From Candidatus Hydrogenedentota bacterium (GTDB lineage: Bacteria > Hydrogenedentota > Hydrogenedentia > Hydrogenedentales > SLHB01), in assembly GCA_045863295.1 (NCBI GenBank), contig BTWA01000008.1, positions 144,384-208,383 of the forward strand: DNA of 64,000 nt, in the 5' to 3' direction. The notes beneath the pieces were generated by a model, which was given only the letters and a program-made list of their open reading frames with translations, searched no databases and had not been told where the DNA came from. The position numbers were made by a program, and so were the translations under genes. This document shows, piece by piece, positions 51,840-63,100 of the stretch (positions are counted from its first letter, which is position 1; each line of letters starts with the position of its first letter).

Positions 51840-53126
51840 CGCCATGGATTTCAGCTGCTCGATGCATATGTCGGTGAATATTCGCGATGCCTCTTCTTCA
51901 AACGGCGGCATCGAGCACAATTTGGGCACGACCACCGCGGCGTATTCATTGTCATCGTATGCCCTGGGGTCTGTCAGATAGCCGATGAAATCTTCGCAGT
52001 ACCCCACAACCAACGTGTTGGGGAATGGCGAAGCGTGTCGAATCTTCAAACCGTAGTAGCTGTACAGTTCCGAGGGGTGAAACAGCATTCCCAATTCGCC
52101 CAATTGCACCGTGGACACCGCGGCTTTGTACGACTCAGGCGGACTGGTCCAGGTGGATACCTCCGCATACCATGCCTTGGCAAATCCTTCGTCCACCCAG
52201 ATCCCTTTGGTACACTCTTCCGGATGGGCCTTGTAGAACGCAATTTCATCGCGTAGCCGTTGTACGTCAAACGGGATTTCGATCTCACGGGTCTGCACGC
52301 GGATCTCGTCTATCCGTACCATTTCACCGTGGGTGGCCGCATGATGCAGTGCAGGCAGAATCGCCGTGGCCGTGGGTCTGGCTTCGCCAATCCATTTGCT
52401 GCCGTCTCCCGGATTCACATCGCCAATATGGCCTTGCAAAAAGCCGGGATTGGGCGCACCGCTCGCCTGAATTCCTTCGGCGACCAGCGCCGGCCAATCG
52501 GGTCCCGCCAATTCGTCCTGATAACAGACCGGGTGAGCGCAGAAGTGGTACCACAGGATCGGGGTCTTATTGTCCGCGCGTTGAAAGAATAGTGCATGCA
52601 GCATTGTGTCCAGCCAGCGGTCCGAGTCCGTTGCGTTTGCATCAAACGCTTCGTCGGTTTTCCAGACCTTTGAGGTGCGATTGAAGTTCCCGCCCTTCAC
52701 ACGGTCGGCGCCGATGTAGCAGTCGGCTTCCGAGAGGTCGGCGACAGCCTGCTTCAAAGCCTCGATGCACTTGGCTTCAACAGACGCCATGTAGTCCGGT
52801 GAGATCGCGCCCCACTGGCGCAACGCGCGAAACGTAGGCATGCCGTGGGTGTGGGTCGCGCACACCCGCACGTGCGCAGCGGGAATGCCGGACTCGGCCT
52901 CGGCCCGCTGTTGCACGCGCCGGCTGAACTCGGGCGACACGGCCAACATATCGAGTTGGAGTATAGCCAGCGCCGATTCGTTCACCTTCAAAACCAGGGC
53001 CCGCACAAAGGCCGGTTTTCGGGCGCCGGCCACGCGACGCTCCCGGCCCAGCGGCTTGTGGAATCCGGCCAGTTCAATGCCCAAAGGCGGCGTTATATCG
53101 ACAATTCCTTCACCGGCAAGAAGCAT
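51834..53126 (-). CDS. Neutral/alkaline ceramidase N-terminal domain protein
   Basis: DITPP, CATHTH, AHP, QGHIGDVNP. Confidence 0.78.
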   Translation of the reverse strand: MLLAGEGIVDITPPLGIELAGFHKPLGRERRVAGARKPAFVRALVLKVNESALAILQLDMLAVSPEFSRRVQQRAEAESGIPAAHVRVCATHTHGMPTFRALRQWGAISPDYMASVEAKCIEALKQAVADLSEADCYIGADRVKGGNFNRTSKVWKTDEAFDANATDSDRWLDTMLHALFFQRADNKTPILWYHFCAHPVCYQDELAGPDWPALVAEGIQASGAPNPGFLQGHIGDVNPGDGSKWIGEARPTATAILPALHHAATHGEMVRIDEIRVQTREIEIPFDVQRLRDEIAFYKAHPEECTKGIWVDEGFAKAWYAEVSTWTSPPESYKAAVSTVQLGELGMLFHPSELYSYYGLKIRHASPFPNTLVVGYCEDFIGYLTDPRAYDDNEYAAVVVPKLCSMPPFEEEASRIFTDICIEQLKSMAS

Positions 53127-53206
53127 GGGGGTGCCTCCTCGTTGCAGCTACACCATTACATCAAGATACAGGACGTTGCCGACATCGGCGGACGGAAATC
53201 TAATTA

Positions 53207-54577
53207 TCACTTTTGCCTGACCGCCAAATGCGGGTGATCGAATTCTTCCACCGGGAGCCCGGGCCACATTTCGCGGATGTGCCGGATGACGGTGTCCGCC
53301 ATCACATCTTCGACATCTTCGGACCAGCCGACCGGGCTGGCGTATTGAGTGCGCAACGTACCGGCCTGATAGGAATCCTGACGCACCAGTTCGCGTGAGG
53401 GGATATAGAGATTGTGCTCGCCGAAGTACGCGTTGACCATTATAGGGTGATACACGCGAAAAGCGTCCTTGATACGCATGCCGATGGGCGCTACCACCTC
53501 GCCCTGCAGGCACACGAATGCAAGCCCCCCGATTTTCGCAATCAATGCCTCTTCATACCGGCACGGATATTTGCGGCCGTCTCCGATGTCGTCCACCATA
53601 AACCCGTCGTCCGTACAAACGAGTTCGTCCAAACGTTTGGGGAACGATTTGCCCGTTTCGTAGTAGTCGTTCAACACGCGAATCCAGTTGTTACCGCGAT
53701 CCGGGTGCGGATACGGCACGCGCAGCGGCCCCTTGGCGAGGGTCTGCATCAGCTTGGCGACTTCCGCCCGCGGCAGCGGATCTCCCAGGGGAAGCGAGAT
53801 GATCTCGAACCGGCTCTCCATGGGTCCGGTGACGTCAATCATGGGACCATACAAAACATTTGAAACCTCGCCAGCGAGGCCATTGGCATACTCGATGGCC
53901 TTTTCCGTGGGCGTGCCGCCGGGCGTGATTTCCACTGGAAATTGATTGCCGCCGCAGGCATCTGCGTACAAAGCCACGCATCCCGGAAACTGTTCTTCCA
54001 GGGTCTCGCATGCGTATCCGGGATGCCCGGGTTCGATGACATGCGACGCCCCCAGCAGCGGGTGCACCGGATGATTGAACACCACGGCGACCAAATCGCC
54101 GCCTTTCGACACCCGGAGGACTTGCACTTCCGTATCCAATCCACAGTTGCCGACGCAGCGTATCCACGGGAAGTCGCCCACGCCGTAAGACAGCGTGACC
54201 GGCCCTTGCGCGTCTGCAATGGCCTCCTGTATCGAGTCAAACAGCGAATCCGCAAGCCACCGGCCGTAGCCAAAATTGTCGTGGGCAATCTGAATCGGAG
54301 CGTTGTGATTGTGCGTGGCGAGCAAAGCCAGGTGGGACGGTTTGATCCCAAGTTCGGTTTCGCACCGTTCTCTCAGGATGGGCGTGGCCACGTCGAGACA
54401 ATTCAGGTCGTAGGAAGCGATCACGAAGCGGGAATCGCCGTCCGTCAGGACGAGCACGCGCGCCGAAATGGGGTGCGCAATTCCTTCGGAAGCCATGCCA
54501 AACACTTGGGTTCCGTGATAGCCCTGCTTGGGCGTAATGTCGCGTTTAGCCGTGCCTGCTTTGAGAACGGTAGCCAT
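53207..54577 (-). CDS. Neutral/alkaline ceramidase N-terminal domain protein (second paralog)
   Basis: DITP, ATHNHNAP, HP, GGNQ. Confidence 0.75.
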   Translation of the reverse strand: MATVLKAGTAKRDITPKQGYHGTQVFGMASEGIAHPISARVLVLTDGDSRFVIASYDLNCLDVATPILRERCETELGIKPSHLALLATHNHNAPIQIAHDNFGYGRWLADSLFDSIQEAIADAQGPVTLSYGVGDFPWIRCVGNCGLDTEVQVLRVSKGGDLVAVVFNHPVHPLLGASHVIEPGHPGYACETLEEQFPGCVALYADACGGNQFPVEITPGGTPTEKAIEYANGLAGEVSNVLYGPMIDVTGPMESRFEIISLPLGDPLPRAEVAKLMQTLAKGPLRVPYPHPDRGNNWIRVLNDYYETGKSFPKRLDELVCTDDGFMVDDIGDGRKYPCRYEEALIAKIGGLAFVCLQGEVVAPIGMRIKDAFRVYHPIMVNAYFGEHNLYIPSRELVRQDSYQAGTLRTQYASPVGWSEDVEDVMADTVIRHIREMWPGLPVEEFDHPHLAVRQK

Positions 54578-54760
54578 GCATTGTCCTCTGAGAGTATTTG
54601 CCAGGGCGCCGATTTTCGCAGATTGTCAGTCACCCACACAACCACGGCGCGCCCCTTTTGTTTCCAACGTTCACGCCAAGTACCATACGCGGGATCCGGC
54701 GCGGCACGGTTTCCGCGCAGGGTACATTTCGGCGATACGAATGCATCGGGGGACATGTCC

Positions 54761-55780
54761 ATGCGCGTACTTGTTCTCGGCGGCACGGGTCTAATCAGCA
54801 CCGCCATTGTGAAGCGATTGATCGAAAAGGGGCACGACCCTGTCCTGTTCAACCGGGGCATCTCCGCCCGCCGATTCCGGCACGAGGTCGAAACGATAGC
54901 TGGAGATCGGTCCGACTTCACCGCGTTTGCCAAAGCCATGCGGTCAGTCAAGGCGGATGCGGTGATAGACATGATTACCTTTGACGCCAAGACGGCGGCT
55001 CACAACGTTCGCGTGTTCAGGGATCGCGTGAAGCATTTTATTTTTTGCAGCACGGTCTGTGTCTACGGCGGGCCGCTCACGCAGGTGCCCGCCGATGAAT
55101 CAGAACCGCACCGCCCAGTTTCGGAATACGGACTGAACAAAAGCAAGGCAGAGGCTGTCTATCTCAACGCGTTTCAAGAATCCTGCTTCCCGGTTACCAT
55201 GATGCGCCCCTCCCACTGCTACGGGCCCGGCCAGCCGCTGCTGGACATCTGGGGCTATAACCCGAGCCTTGTGACGCGCATACGGAAGGGCAAGCCGATC
55301 CTCGTGCCCGGCGACGGTCAGGGCCTGTGGCAGCCGGGATACGTCGGCGACATGGCCAAGGGGTTTGTGGGCGCGCTGGGCCGCGAGGCCACCTTGGGCA
55401 AGGCGTACAACATTGTTGGCGATGAAATCATGACGTGGCGCGAATTCCACGAGCGCATGGCCAAGGCGATCGGTTGCGAGGCCAAAATTGTGCCGTTGAC
55501 CACGCCGCAAATAATCGCGGGATCGCCCAGGAGCGCAAGCGGCATGCTCGCGGAGATTTTCCAATTCCATGCTGCCTACACGAGCGCGGCCATTAAACGG
55601 GACATCCCGGAGTATCGTAATCTGCTGTCCTGGGAAGAAGGCGTCAAACGCACGGTGGCATGGATGGACGAGACCAAAGTGCATAAGCCGGCAAACCTCT
55701 ATCCCTGGGTGGACTCCCTTGCCGCAGCCGCAAAAAAATTCACATCCGCCATCGCCTCCACCTCCCGCCGAAAAGCGTAG
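54761..55780 (+). CDS. NAD-dependent epimerase/dehydratase family SDR
   Basis: MRVLVLGGTGLIS, YGLNK. The long upstream extension in the ORF track is antisense to the ceramidase gene. Confidence 0.88.
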   Translation: MRVLVLGGTGLISTAIVKRLIEKGHDPVLFNRGISARRFRHEVETIAGDRSDFTAFAKAMRSVKADAVIDMITFDAKTAAHNVRVFRDRVKHFIFCSTVCVYGGPLTQVPADESEPHRPVSEYGLNKSKAEAVYLNAFQESCFPVTMMRPSHCYGPGQPLLDIWGYNPSLVTRIRKGKPILVPGDGQGLWQPGYVGDMAKGFVGALGREATLGKAYNIVGDEIMTWREFHERMAKAIGCEAKIVPLTTPQIIAGSPRSASGMLAEIFQFHAAYTSAAIKRDIPEYRNLLSWEEGVKRTVAWMDETKVHKPANLYPWVDSLAAAAKKFTSAIASTSRRKA

Positions 55781-55797
55781 TCCGGCATGTCCAATCG

Positions 55798-55840
55798 GGA
55801 ATCGTGCGAAAAGACGATCGCACGATTCCTATCCTTGCTT
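55798..55840 (+). terminator. Stem-loop after the SDR gene, possible terminator
   Basis: Perfect 12-bp stem GGAATCGTGCGA/TCGCACGATTCC with only a weak T tail. Confidence 0.5.
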
Positions 55841-56270
55841 ATAGTTTAGTGCCAGCGCGTTGCATTCCTCGCTGCGAAACGCATGCGACGCGGGTGTTAC
55901 CGTTCGGGTGCATTTGCAGGGGGGAGGCGAGCCACTATGTCGATACAAGGGGACTAGGGCTGAAATCGTCGTAACTCCTTGTTTCAGGGTGTCACCCATG
56001 GCTATTCCTTTGTTGGGGTGTCGCCGCACCAAGGCGATGCGCCGAAGGGACTAAGGAGACAAATAGGACGACACGAACAAAAGATGGGTCAAATGAAATA
56101 TTCGGGATAGCCGGAGTTGAAGGTGTGAATGCCGGTACTCATTTGCGGAGAATTTGGGGGCGATTGCGCTGGGGAGAGGGGTGGCTTATAATGGGAATAT
56201 GGAGTGCCGGGCATAGGCGCGGGCTGGTCGGATACGCACGGGGTGTCCCCCCTGCGAAAGCGAGGGCTGC

Positions 56271-57644
56271 ATGTACAGGATAGACGCTGAGAAGCCGGTT
56301 CATTTTTGCGACGGGCTGAGCCGACGGGATTTTCTGCATGCGGGGGCGTTGGCAGCCATGGGGCTGACCATGCCGGGGTTTATGCAGCTTCAGGCGCACG
56401 GGGCGGTGGACAAGTCGAAGGAAATGAACTGTATCTTCCTGTTCCTCGTCGGCGGTCCGAGCCAGTTGGATACATTCGACATGAAGCCGGACGCGCCGGC
56501 GGAGATCCGGGGACCGTACAAACCCATCAAAACCAACAATCCCGATATACAAATTTCGGAAATATTTCCCAAAGTCGCGAAGCACGCGGACAAGTTCTCG
56601 ATCATTCGCACATTGAATCACAAAGCGGCAGCGGTGCATGACACGGGCCACCAGATGATGCAGACGGGCCGCTTGTATCAAAACGGGCTGGAACAACCGC
56701 ATGCGGGATGCGTTCTGGGGTATTTGAAGGGCACGCAGAACGACATGCCGGCGCACGTGTTGATGCCGCGGCCAATTGGCAATACGGGCGGCAACATGCC
56801 GCATGGGCAGAGCGCGGGATTTCTTGGAAAGAGTTTCGATCCGTTTATCTTGAACGACGAACCGGACAAGGCCGATTTCAAGGTGCCGGATCTACTGCCG
56901 CCGGATTACATTTCGGCGCACCGGTTGGATCGGCGTCAGAAGCTGCGGGAAGTGGTGGATCAATCCGTGAAGCAGTTGGAGGCCAATCCGGACGCGCGCT
57001 TGTTGGATGAGAACTTCCATCAGGCCTACACACTGATGTCGTCGGCGACGGCGCGTGAGGCATTCGATTTATCGCAGGAGCCGGAGGTGGTACGCGCGGC
57101 GTACGGCCAGAACAAGTTTGGGCAAAGTTGCTTGCTTGCTCGGCGGCTGATCGAGCGGGGCGTCCGGTTTGTCACGGTGAATATGTTTGAGACGGTGTTT
57201 AACGAGATTACGTGGGACATCCACGGGTCGGCGCCGTTCAGCCCGATCGAGTGCTACACGAACCAGGTCGGGCCGATGTTTGATTTTGCATACAGTTCGC
57301 TGTTGGAAGATTTGAAGCAGCGAGGCATGTTGGAGAACACGCTGATTGTGGCCATGGGCGAATTCGGGCGTACGCCGAAGATCAATCCGGCCGGCGGCCG
57401 CGATCACTGGCCGCAGACGTGGTCCATACTGATGGCGGGCGGCGGCATTCAGGGCGGCCGCGTGGTGGGCAAGACGGATGCGATTGGCGGGTATCCGGTG
57501 GAGCGGCCGGTGAGTCCGGCGGAAGTGATCGCCACGGTATACCATTGCCTCGGCATCGATATTGAGACGGATTTGCAGGGCCCGGGTACCCGGCCGATTC
57601 CGGTGGTCGATTACGGCACAAAGCCGATTTTCGAGTTGATATAA
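56271..57644 (+). CDS. DUF1501 family protein (Tat motif)
   Basis: SRRDFL, GGPSQLDTFDMKP, LLARRLIERGV, WDIH, GEFGRTP, RDHW. Confidence 0.92.
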   Translation: MYRIDAEKPVHFCDGLSRRDFLHAGALAAMGLTMPGFMQLQAHGAVDKSKEMNCIFLFLVGGPSQLDTFDMKPDAPAEIRGPYKPIKTNNPDIQISEIFPKVAKHADKFSIIRTLNHKAAAVHDTGHQMMQTGRLYQNGLEQPHAGCVLGYLKGTQNDMPAHVLMPRPIGNTGGNMPHGQSAGFLGKSFDPFILNDEPDKADFKVPDLLPPDYISAHRLDRRQKLREVVDQSVKQLEANPDARLLDENFHQAYTLMSSATAREAFDLSQEPEVVRAAYGQNKFGQSCLLARRLIERGVRFVTVNMFETVFNEITWDIHGSAPFSPIECYTNQVGPMFDFAYSSLLEDLKQRGMLENTLIVAMGEFGRTPKINPAGGRDHWPQTWSILMAGGGIQGGRVVGKTDAIGGYPVERPVSPAEVIATVYHCLGIDIETDLQGPGTRPIPVVDYGTKPIFELI

Positions 57645-57650
57645 GACATC

Positions 57651-57686
57651 GTGAAGCGCCGGGATTTCCGGCGCTTCGCCGTTTTT
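57651..57686 (+). terminator. Intra-operonic terminator/stabiliser hairpin
   Basis: GAAGCGCCGG-GATTT-CCGGCGCTTC followed by TTTTT. Confidence 0.7.
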
Positions 57687-57706
57687 GTGGTCAGGGAGCG
57701 TTAGTC

Positions 57707-60133
57707 ATGCGGTCGTTCACGCTATTGCTGTTTCTAGCCGGGGTTTTCGCGCATGCGGAATTGCGCGTTTTGCCGGGCGATATCCGGCTGAATTACCAGG
57801 GCGCAACGCACCAACTTGTGGTGGGCGAATTTTCTGGTGATCGGTGGCGAAGCGACTTAACGGCGCAAGCGGCATTCACGTCGTCCAACCCGGCTGTGGT
57901 GACAGTGGACGCGTCCGGCACGTTGCACGCCGCAGGCAATGGCGTATCCACCGTTACCGCCAGCGTCGGCACTGAACTGGCCACGATTCAGGTGACCGTC
58001 GCCGGAGCGGATGTGCCGGTGCGGTGGAGTTTTGCCAATCACATTCAACCAATTCTTTTTAAGATGGGCTGCAACACGGGCGCGTGCCACGGGGCGCAAG
58101 CGGGCAAGAACGGTTTTCGACTTTCGCTGCGGGGTTACGACCACGACTGGGACCACAAGGCGTTAACGCGCCAAGCCAATGGGCGACGCATTTCGCTGGC
58201 GGAACCTCGGGAGAGCCTCATTTTGTTAAAGGCAACGGCGTCCGTGACGCACGAGGGGGGCGAACGGTTTCCAGTGGAGTCGGAACCCTATACGGTGCTC
58301 CGTCAGTGGATCGAGGACGGCGCCCAACCGGTGAGTCCTGATGATCGGAAGCTGGAACGAATTGAAGTCTTCCCGAAGACCGCTACACTCGCACCGAATG
58401 CCGCGCAGCAGATCCTTGTGCAGGCGCATTATGACGACGGTTCGTATGAGGACGTGACTCGCTGGGTCAAATTTGGCACAAGCGACGACACGGTTGCGCT
58501 GGTGGATGATTTGGGCAAGGTCACGGTAATCGGATCGGGCGTCTCGTCGATCACGGTGTATTTCAACAGCAAGGTGGCGTCCGCTTCGCTGACCATTCCG
58601 CACGCGGTGGATGCACCGGAGGCGCTGTTTGCGAATGCGGCGAGCTACGGGTTTGTGGACGAGTTGATCTTAAAGCAGTTGCGCAATCTGCGGATTGCGC
58701 CGGCCGCCATCGCGCCGGACGAGGTGTTTATCCGCCGGGCGTATCTTGATTGTCTTGGCATCCTACCCACGCCCGAGGAGGCGCAAGCATTTATTGCGGA
58801 TACAAACCCGGCGAAACGCAAGACGTTGGTGAAATCGCTGCTTGACCGGCCCGAGTTTGTGGATTACTGGTCGTACAAATGGTCTGAGTTGTTGCTGGTG
58901 TCTTCACGCAACCTTCCCAAGCGCGAAGAAATGACCGCGTTGTATCAGTTCATCCGCGAAAACGTCGCCGCGAATACGCCATGGGATGAATTCGTGCGCA
59001 AAATAGTGACTGCCAAGGGGAGTACGCTGGAAAACGGGGCGGCCAACTATTTTGTCATGCACAAGCAGCCGGACGACCTTACGGAGACTACGTCGCAGGC
59101 CTTTCTGGGTATGTCGATCACATGTGCACGCTGCCATAACCATCCCTTGGAAAAGTGGACCCAGGACGATTATTTCGGGATGGCGAATTTGCTAGCGCGC
59201 GTGACGCTGAAGAACGGCAAGCGGGGCACGGATACGGTGGTATTGCCGGCGGCTTCCGGGGATATCATTCACCCGCGTCTGGGGCGCCCCGTGGAGCCCA
59301 AGCCGCTGGACGGCGAGGCGATCCCGCTGCAGCAGGCGGGCGATCGGCGCGAATATCTTGCGGCGTGGCTGACGTCGCCTGAGAATCCGTATTTCACGAA
59401 GGCATTCGTGAACCGGGTCTGGACCAACTTCATGGGCCGCGGTCTGGTTGCACCCGAAGACGATTTGAGGCTTACGAACCCGCCCACGAATGCACTGCTG
59501 TTCGACATGCTGGCGCGGGACACGAAAGAATACGGATTCGATCTCAAGCATTTGATCTACACGATCATGACTTCGGCAGCCTATCAGCGGTCTTCACAAC
59601 CGGCGAATCCCGCGATCCAGGATGACAAACACTATTCCCAATATGTTGCGCGACGCCTGAGCGCGGAGGTCATACTCGATGCCTATTCCCAGGCCACGGG
59701 CGTGCCCACCGAGTTCAGCGGTTACCCCAGCGGATTCCGCGCTTTGCAGTTACCGGATTCGCAGGTGGCTTCGTATTTCCTTGCGGCCTTCGGTCGACCG
59801 CAGCGTAATCAGACGTGTTCGTGCGAACGGACGGACGATTCCAGCGTGGCGCAGACGCTCCATGTGGCCAACGGGGACACGCTGAACGGCAAGCTGCAAA
59901 GTGATAAGGCCTTTCTCACCGAATTGGCCAATCAGAAGATAGGCGACGATGCGGCGATCACGGCAATGTATTGGCGGGCATATTCTCGCGCGCCGTTGCC
60001 CGATGAGCTTGCGCAATCCAAGGCGATCCTCTCGGAATCGCCCGCGGACGGCGATTCCGCGGAGCGGCGGATGGCGCTGGAAGACATGATGTGGGCGCTG
60101 CTTTCGAGCAAGGAATTCCTGTTCAACCATTAA
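57707..60133 (+). CDS. DUF1549/DUF1553 (PSD1-type) protein with Ig-like (Big2) domains
   Basis: CNTGACHG, FIRRAYLD, CARCHNHP, VNRVW, CSCER, EFLFNH. Confidence 0.92.
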   Translation: MRSFTLLLFLAGVFAHAELRVLPGDIRLNYQGATHQLVVGEFSGDRWRSDLTAQAAFTSSNPAVVTVDASGTLHAAGNGVSTVTASVGTELATIQVTVAGADVPVRWSFANHIQPILFKMGCNTGACHGAQAGKNGFRLSLRGYDHDWDHKALTRQANGRRISLAEPRESLILLKATASVTHEGGERFPVESEPYTVLRQWIEDGAQPVSPDDRKLERIEVFPKTATLAPNAAQQILVQAHYDDGSYEDVTRWVKFGTSDDTVALVDDLGKVTVIGSGVSSITVYFNSKVASASLTIPHAVDAPEALFANAASYGFVDELILKQLRNLRIAPAAIAPDEVFIRRAYLDCLGILPTPEEAQAFIADTNPAKRKTLVKSLLDRPEFVDYWSYKWSELLLVSSRNLPKREEMTALYQFIRENVAANTPWDEFVRKIVTAKGSTLENGAANYFVMHKQPDDLTETTSQAFLGMSITCARCHNHPLEKWTQDDYFGMANLLARVTLKNGKRGTDTVVLPAASGDIIHPRLGRPVEPKPLDGEAIPLQQAGDRREYLAAWLTSPENPYFTKAFVNRVWTNFMGRGLVAPEDDLRLTNPPTNALLFDMLARDTKEYGFDLKHLIYTIMTSAAYQRSSQPANPAIQDDKHYSQYVARRLSAEVILDAYSQATGVPTEFSGYPSGFRALQLPDSQVASYFLAAFGRPQRNQTCSCERTDDSSVAQTLHVANGDTLNGKLQSDKAFLTELANQKIGDDAAITAMYWRAYSRAPLPDELAQSKAILSESPADGDSAERRMALEDMMWALLSSKEFLFNH

Positions 60134-60185
60134 TGGCGGACCCAATTTTCGTGAATGCGCACCGGCATCCTATAGGGAGTTTGAC

Positions 60186-63100
60186 GTGATTCGACTGGAA
60201 CGAGTACTACGGCGGTTCTTCGCGATCTCCGTGACGGTTTGCGCGGCGTCGGCGTTCGCGGACGACATCGTTTTCGAGCGCGATATTGCTCCAATCTTCG
60301 CGAAGGCTTGCGCGGGGTGCCACTCTCCCAAGTCGGAGACACTTAAAGGCAAGCTGGATGTGACGTCGGTCGAGTTGCTTTTGAAGGGCGGTGAATCGGG
60401 TCCGGCGATCGTTCCAGGCAAGCCGGGCGAAAGTTATCTGATTGCGTTGATAGAGCAGACTGAAGAGCCCGTGATGCCACCGAAGAAGAACGGCAATCCG
60501 CTTGCGCCGGATCAAATTGCATTGATTCGCAAGTGGATCGAGCAAGGGGCCAAGGGCGATGGCAGCGCCATTCCCGTGACTGGGATACCGGCGGATACGC
60601 CGCCCCAGGATATCACGCCCGAAGCGGAGGCCTCGCCGTCGCCTGCTTCGATCAGCGCGGCGGCATTCTCACCGGTATTGGGGGATTCACTGCTTGCGTT
60701 GGGGACGCTACACGATGTCATTCTCTACCGCGTGATGGATGGTGGAAAGCGAGTCGAGCGGAAGTCCGTATTGGCCGGACACGCTGAAATGGTTCGGACC
60801 CTCGCCTTCTCGCCCGATGGCGCGTTGTTGGCCGCGGCGGGCGGGCGGCCGGGCCGCAGTGGTGAGATTAAGGTATGGAACGTGTCTACGGGAGAACTCG
60901 TCCGCACGATTGAGGGACACGACGACAATATCCTCGATATTGCGTTCAGCCCTGACGGATCCAGACTTGCTTCCGCGAGTTACGACAAGACGATTGGCGT
61001 GTGGGAGGTGGCATCCGGGGCGCAGGTGCACGCATTGAAGCATCATGTGGACGCCGTGTACAGCGTGGCTTTCAGCCCCGACGGAACGCGCATTGCCTCT
61101 GGCGCGGGCGATCGCACGGTGAAGATATGGGACGCCGCCACCGGCGTGATGCAGATGACACTGGCCGATTCGTTGGATGCCGTCTATGCCGTGGCGTTTT
61201 CGCCGAATGGCAAACATCTGGCTGCCGCTGGCGCGGACAAGATGATTCGCGTGTGGTATCTTGGTTCGTCCGACGTGATCTTGCAGTCGTCGCTTTCGAG
61301 CGGCATTCTGGCGGGATCCACGTTCGCGCACAATGCGGCGATTTTGCAACTGCTCTATTCACCCGACGGCACGAAGATATTTACGACTTCGGAAGATAAG
61401 CACATCAAGATCTGGAACTCCGACACCCTCACGGAAATTGCGGGCATGGAGGAGCAGTCGGATTGGGTGCCGGCGCTTGCGATCAACGGCGATGGTTCGC
61501 TATTGGCGGCAGGCCGGTACGATTCCACAAGCGGCCTGTACACGGTAGAGGGCGGCCAATTGATCGCCGCTCGCGAAGCCGGCACGGATTTTCATGCTCC
61601 AAAAACGGCGATGAAAGAAGGAAAACTAGCGGCACTGGATGTAGGCGCCGTCATTGTGCGCGCGACCGTGCCGCCGTCGCTGCAATCCCTCAGTCCCGAT
61701 CGGTGGCATCGTGGTTCGGAAGTCGAAGTGACGATTGAGGGCAAAAACCTTGCGGAGGCGGTGCCCTTGGCCAGCCATCCCGGGATTGTACCGACAGTGG
61801 TTGAGGTTATAGAGCATCCCGAACCTGACCTTGAGGAACTAGCGAAGCAGCCGCGCGGCACCGGAGCGGCGATTATCGACAATGCGCGGCCGTATACGGT
61901 CAAGCTGAAGTTGGCCATCGCGGCCGATACCCCGACGGGCCGGCACGAGATCCTTTTTCGCACGCCCATTGGAGTGACCAATGGAGCCGGCATTACGGTA
62001 ATTCTCCAGCCGGATACCGGCGAGACGGAGCCCAATAATACCGCGGAGGAAGCAGCGGCAATAGCGTGGCCCAAAGTAATCATAGGGCAGATCAATCCGT
62101 CGGGCGACGTGGATCGTTTCAAATTAGAGGCGAAGGCCGGGGACGAAGTAGTGTTGGCGGTAACGGATTCCGGGTTAAACACGTCGCTTCGCGTGTTCGA
62201 TGCCGACGGCGGCATGATTGCCGACAGCAAGACATTTGGCGACTTACGGAACAATAAGGCGGCTTTCCGTGCCGAAAAAGACGGCGTCTATGTCGTAGAG
62301 TTGGCTGACAATGAATTGCGCGCTGGGCTGGGCTACCGGTTGCATGTCGGCCAGTTTCCTGTTGTCACCGAGTACTGGCCGCTGGGTGTGCGGGCCGGGG
62401 TCAAGCAGACGGTGCAAGTGAAGGGGTTCAATTTGCCGTCGGACACGCTGGAAGTGGAGCCGGCCGCGGAGTTGGCCTATGGCGCCAGCGTTGGCCTGCC
62501 CATCTCGGGGGTGCCGGGAAGCCCGGTGGAACTTCCGGCGATTGCCGTGGGGCCCTATGAGGAATCGCTTGAGCAACAAGACAACAATTCTCCTGCCACA
62601 GCGCAGGCCGTTGGTTTCCCGTACACGGTGAACGGCGTCATCGAGTCAGCGGGCGACGCCGATTGCTACCGGTTTCCTGCGACGAAGGGCCAGACGATTC
62701 TGATTGAAACGATGGCGTCGCGTTTGGGATCTCCGCTGGACTCGTTCGTTGAAATCGTGGATTCCGAAGGCAATCCGGTACAGCGTGCCGTCGCGCGGTG
62801 CGTGGCCGAAACGTATTTGGTGTTGTCGAACCGCGATTCCAAATCCGGTGGCCTTCGGATGGACAGTTGGTCTGATTTCCGGATCAACGACGAGGTCATG
62901 GTCGGCAATGAGATTATCCGGCTGTCGCGTTTGCCGGACTACCCGGACGAAGACGTGGGGTTTGCCACATATCCGAATGGGCAGCGCATAGGTCTGTACG
63001 GCACGACGCCGCAACATCAGGCGGTGAACGCGAAGGTATATCGTGTTGAGATTCATCCGCCGGAAGCGCAATTTGCGCCGAATGGAAAGCCGGTTGTTCC

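Noticed and set aside
54702..54716. CGGCACGGTTTCCGC sigma54-like box before the SDR gene
   Set aside because: Poor flanks at both elements; expected by chance in GC-rich DNA.
53942..54760. N-terminal extension of the 612-aa ORF as a fusion domain
   Set aside because: It is antisense to the ceramidase-like gene; the Rossmann motif and SD place the start at 54755-54761.
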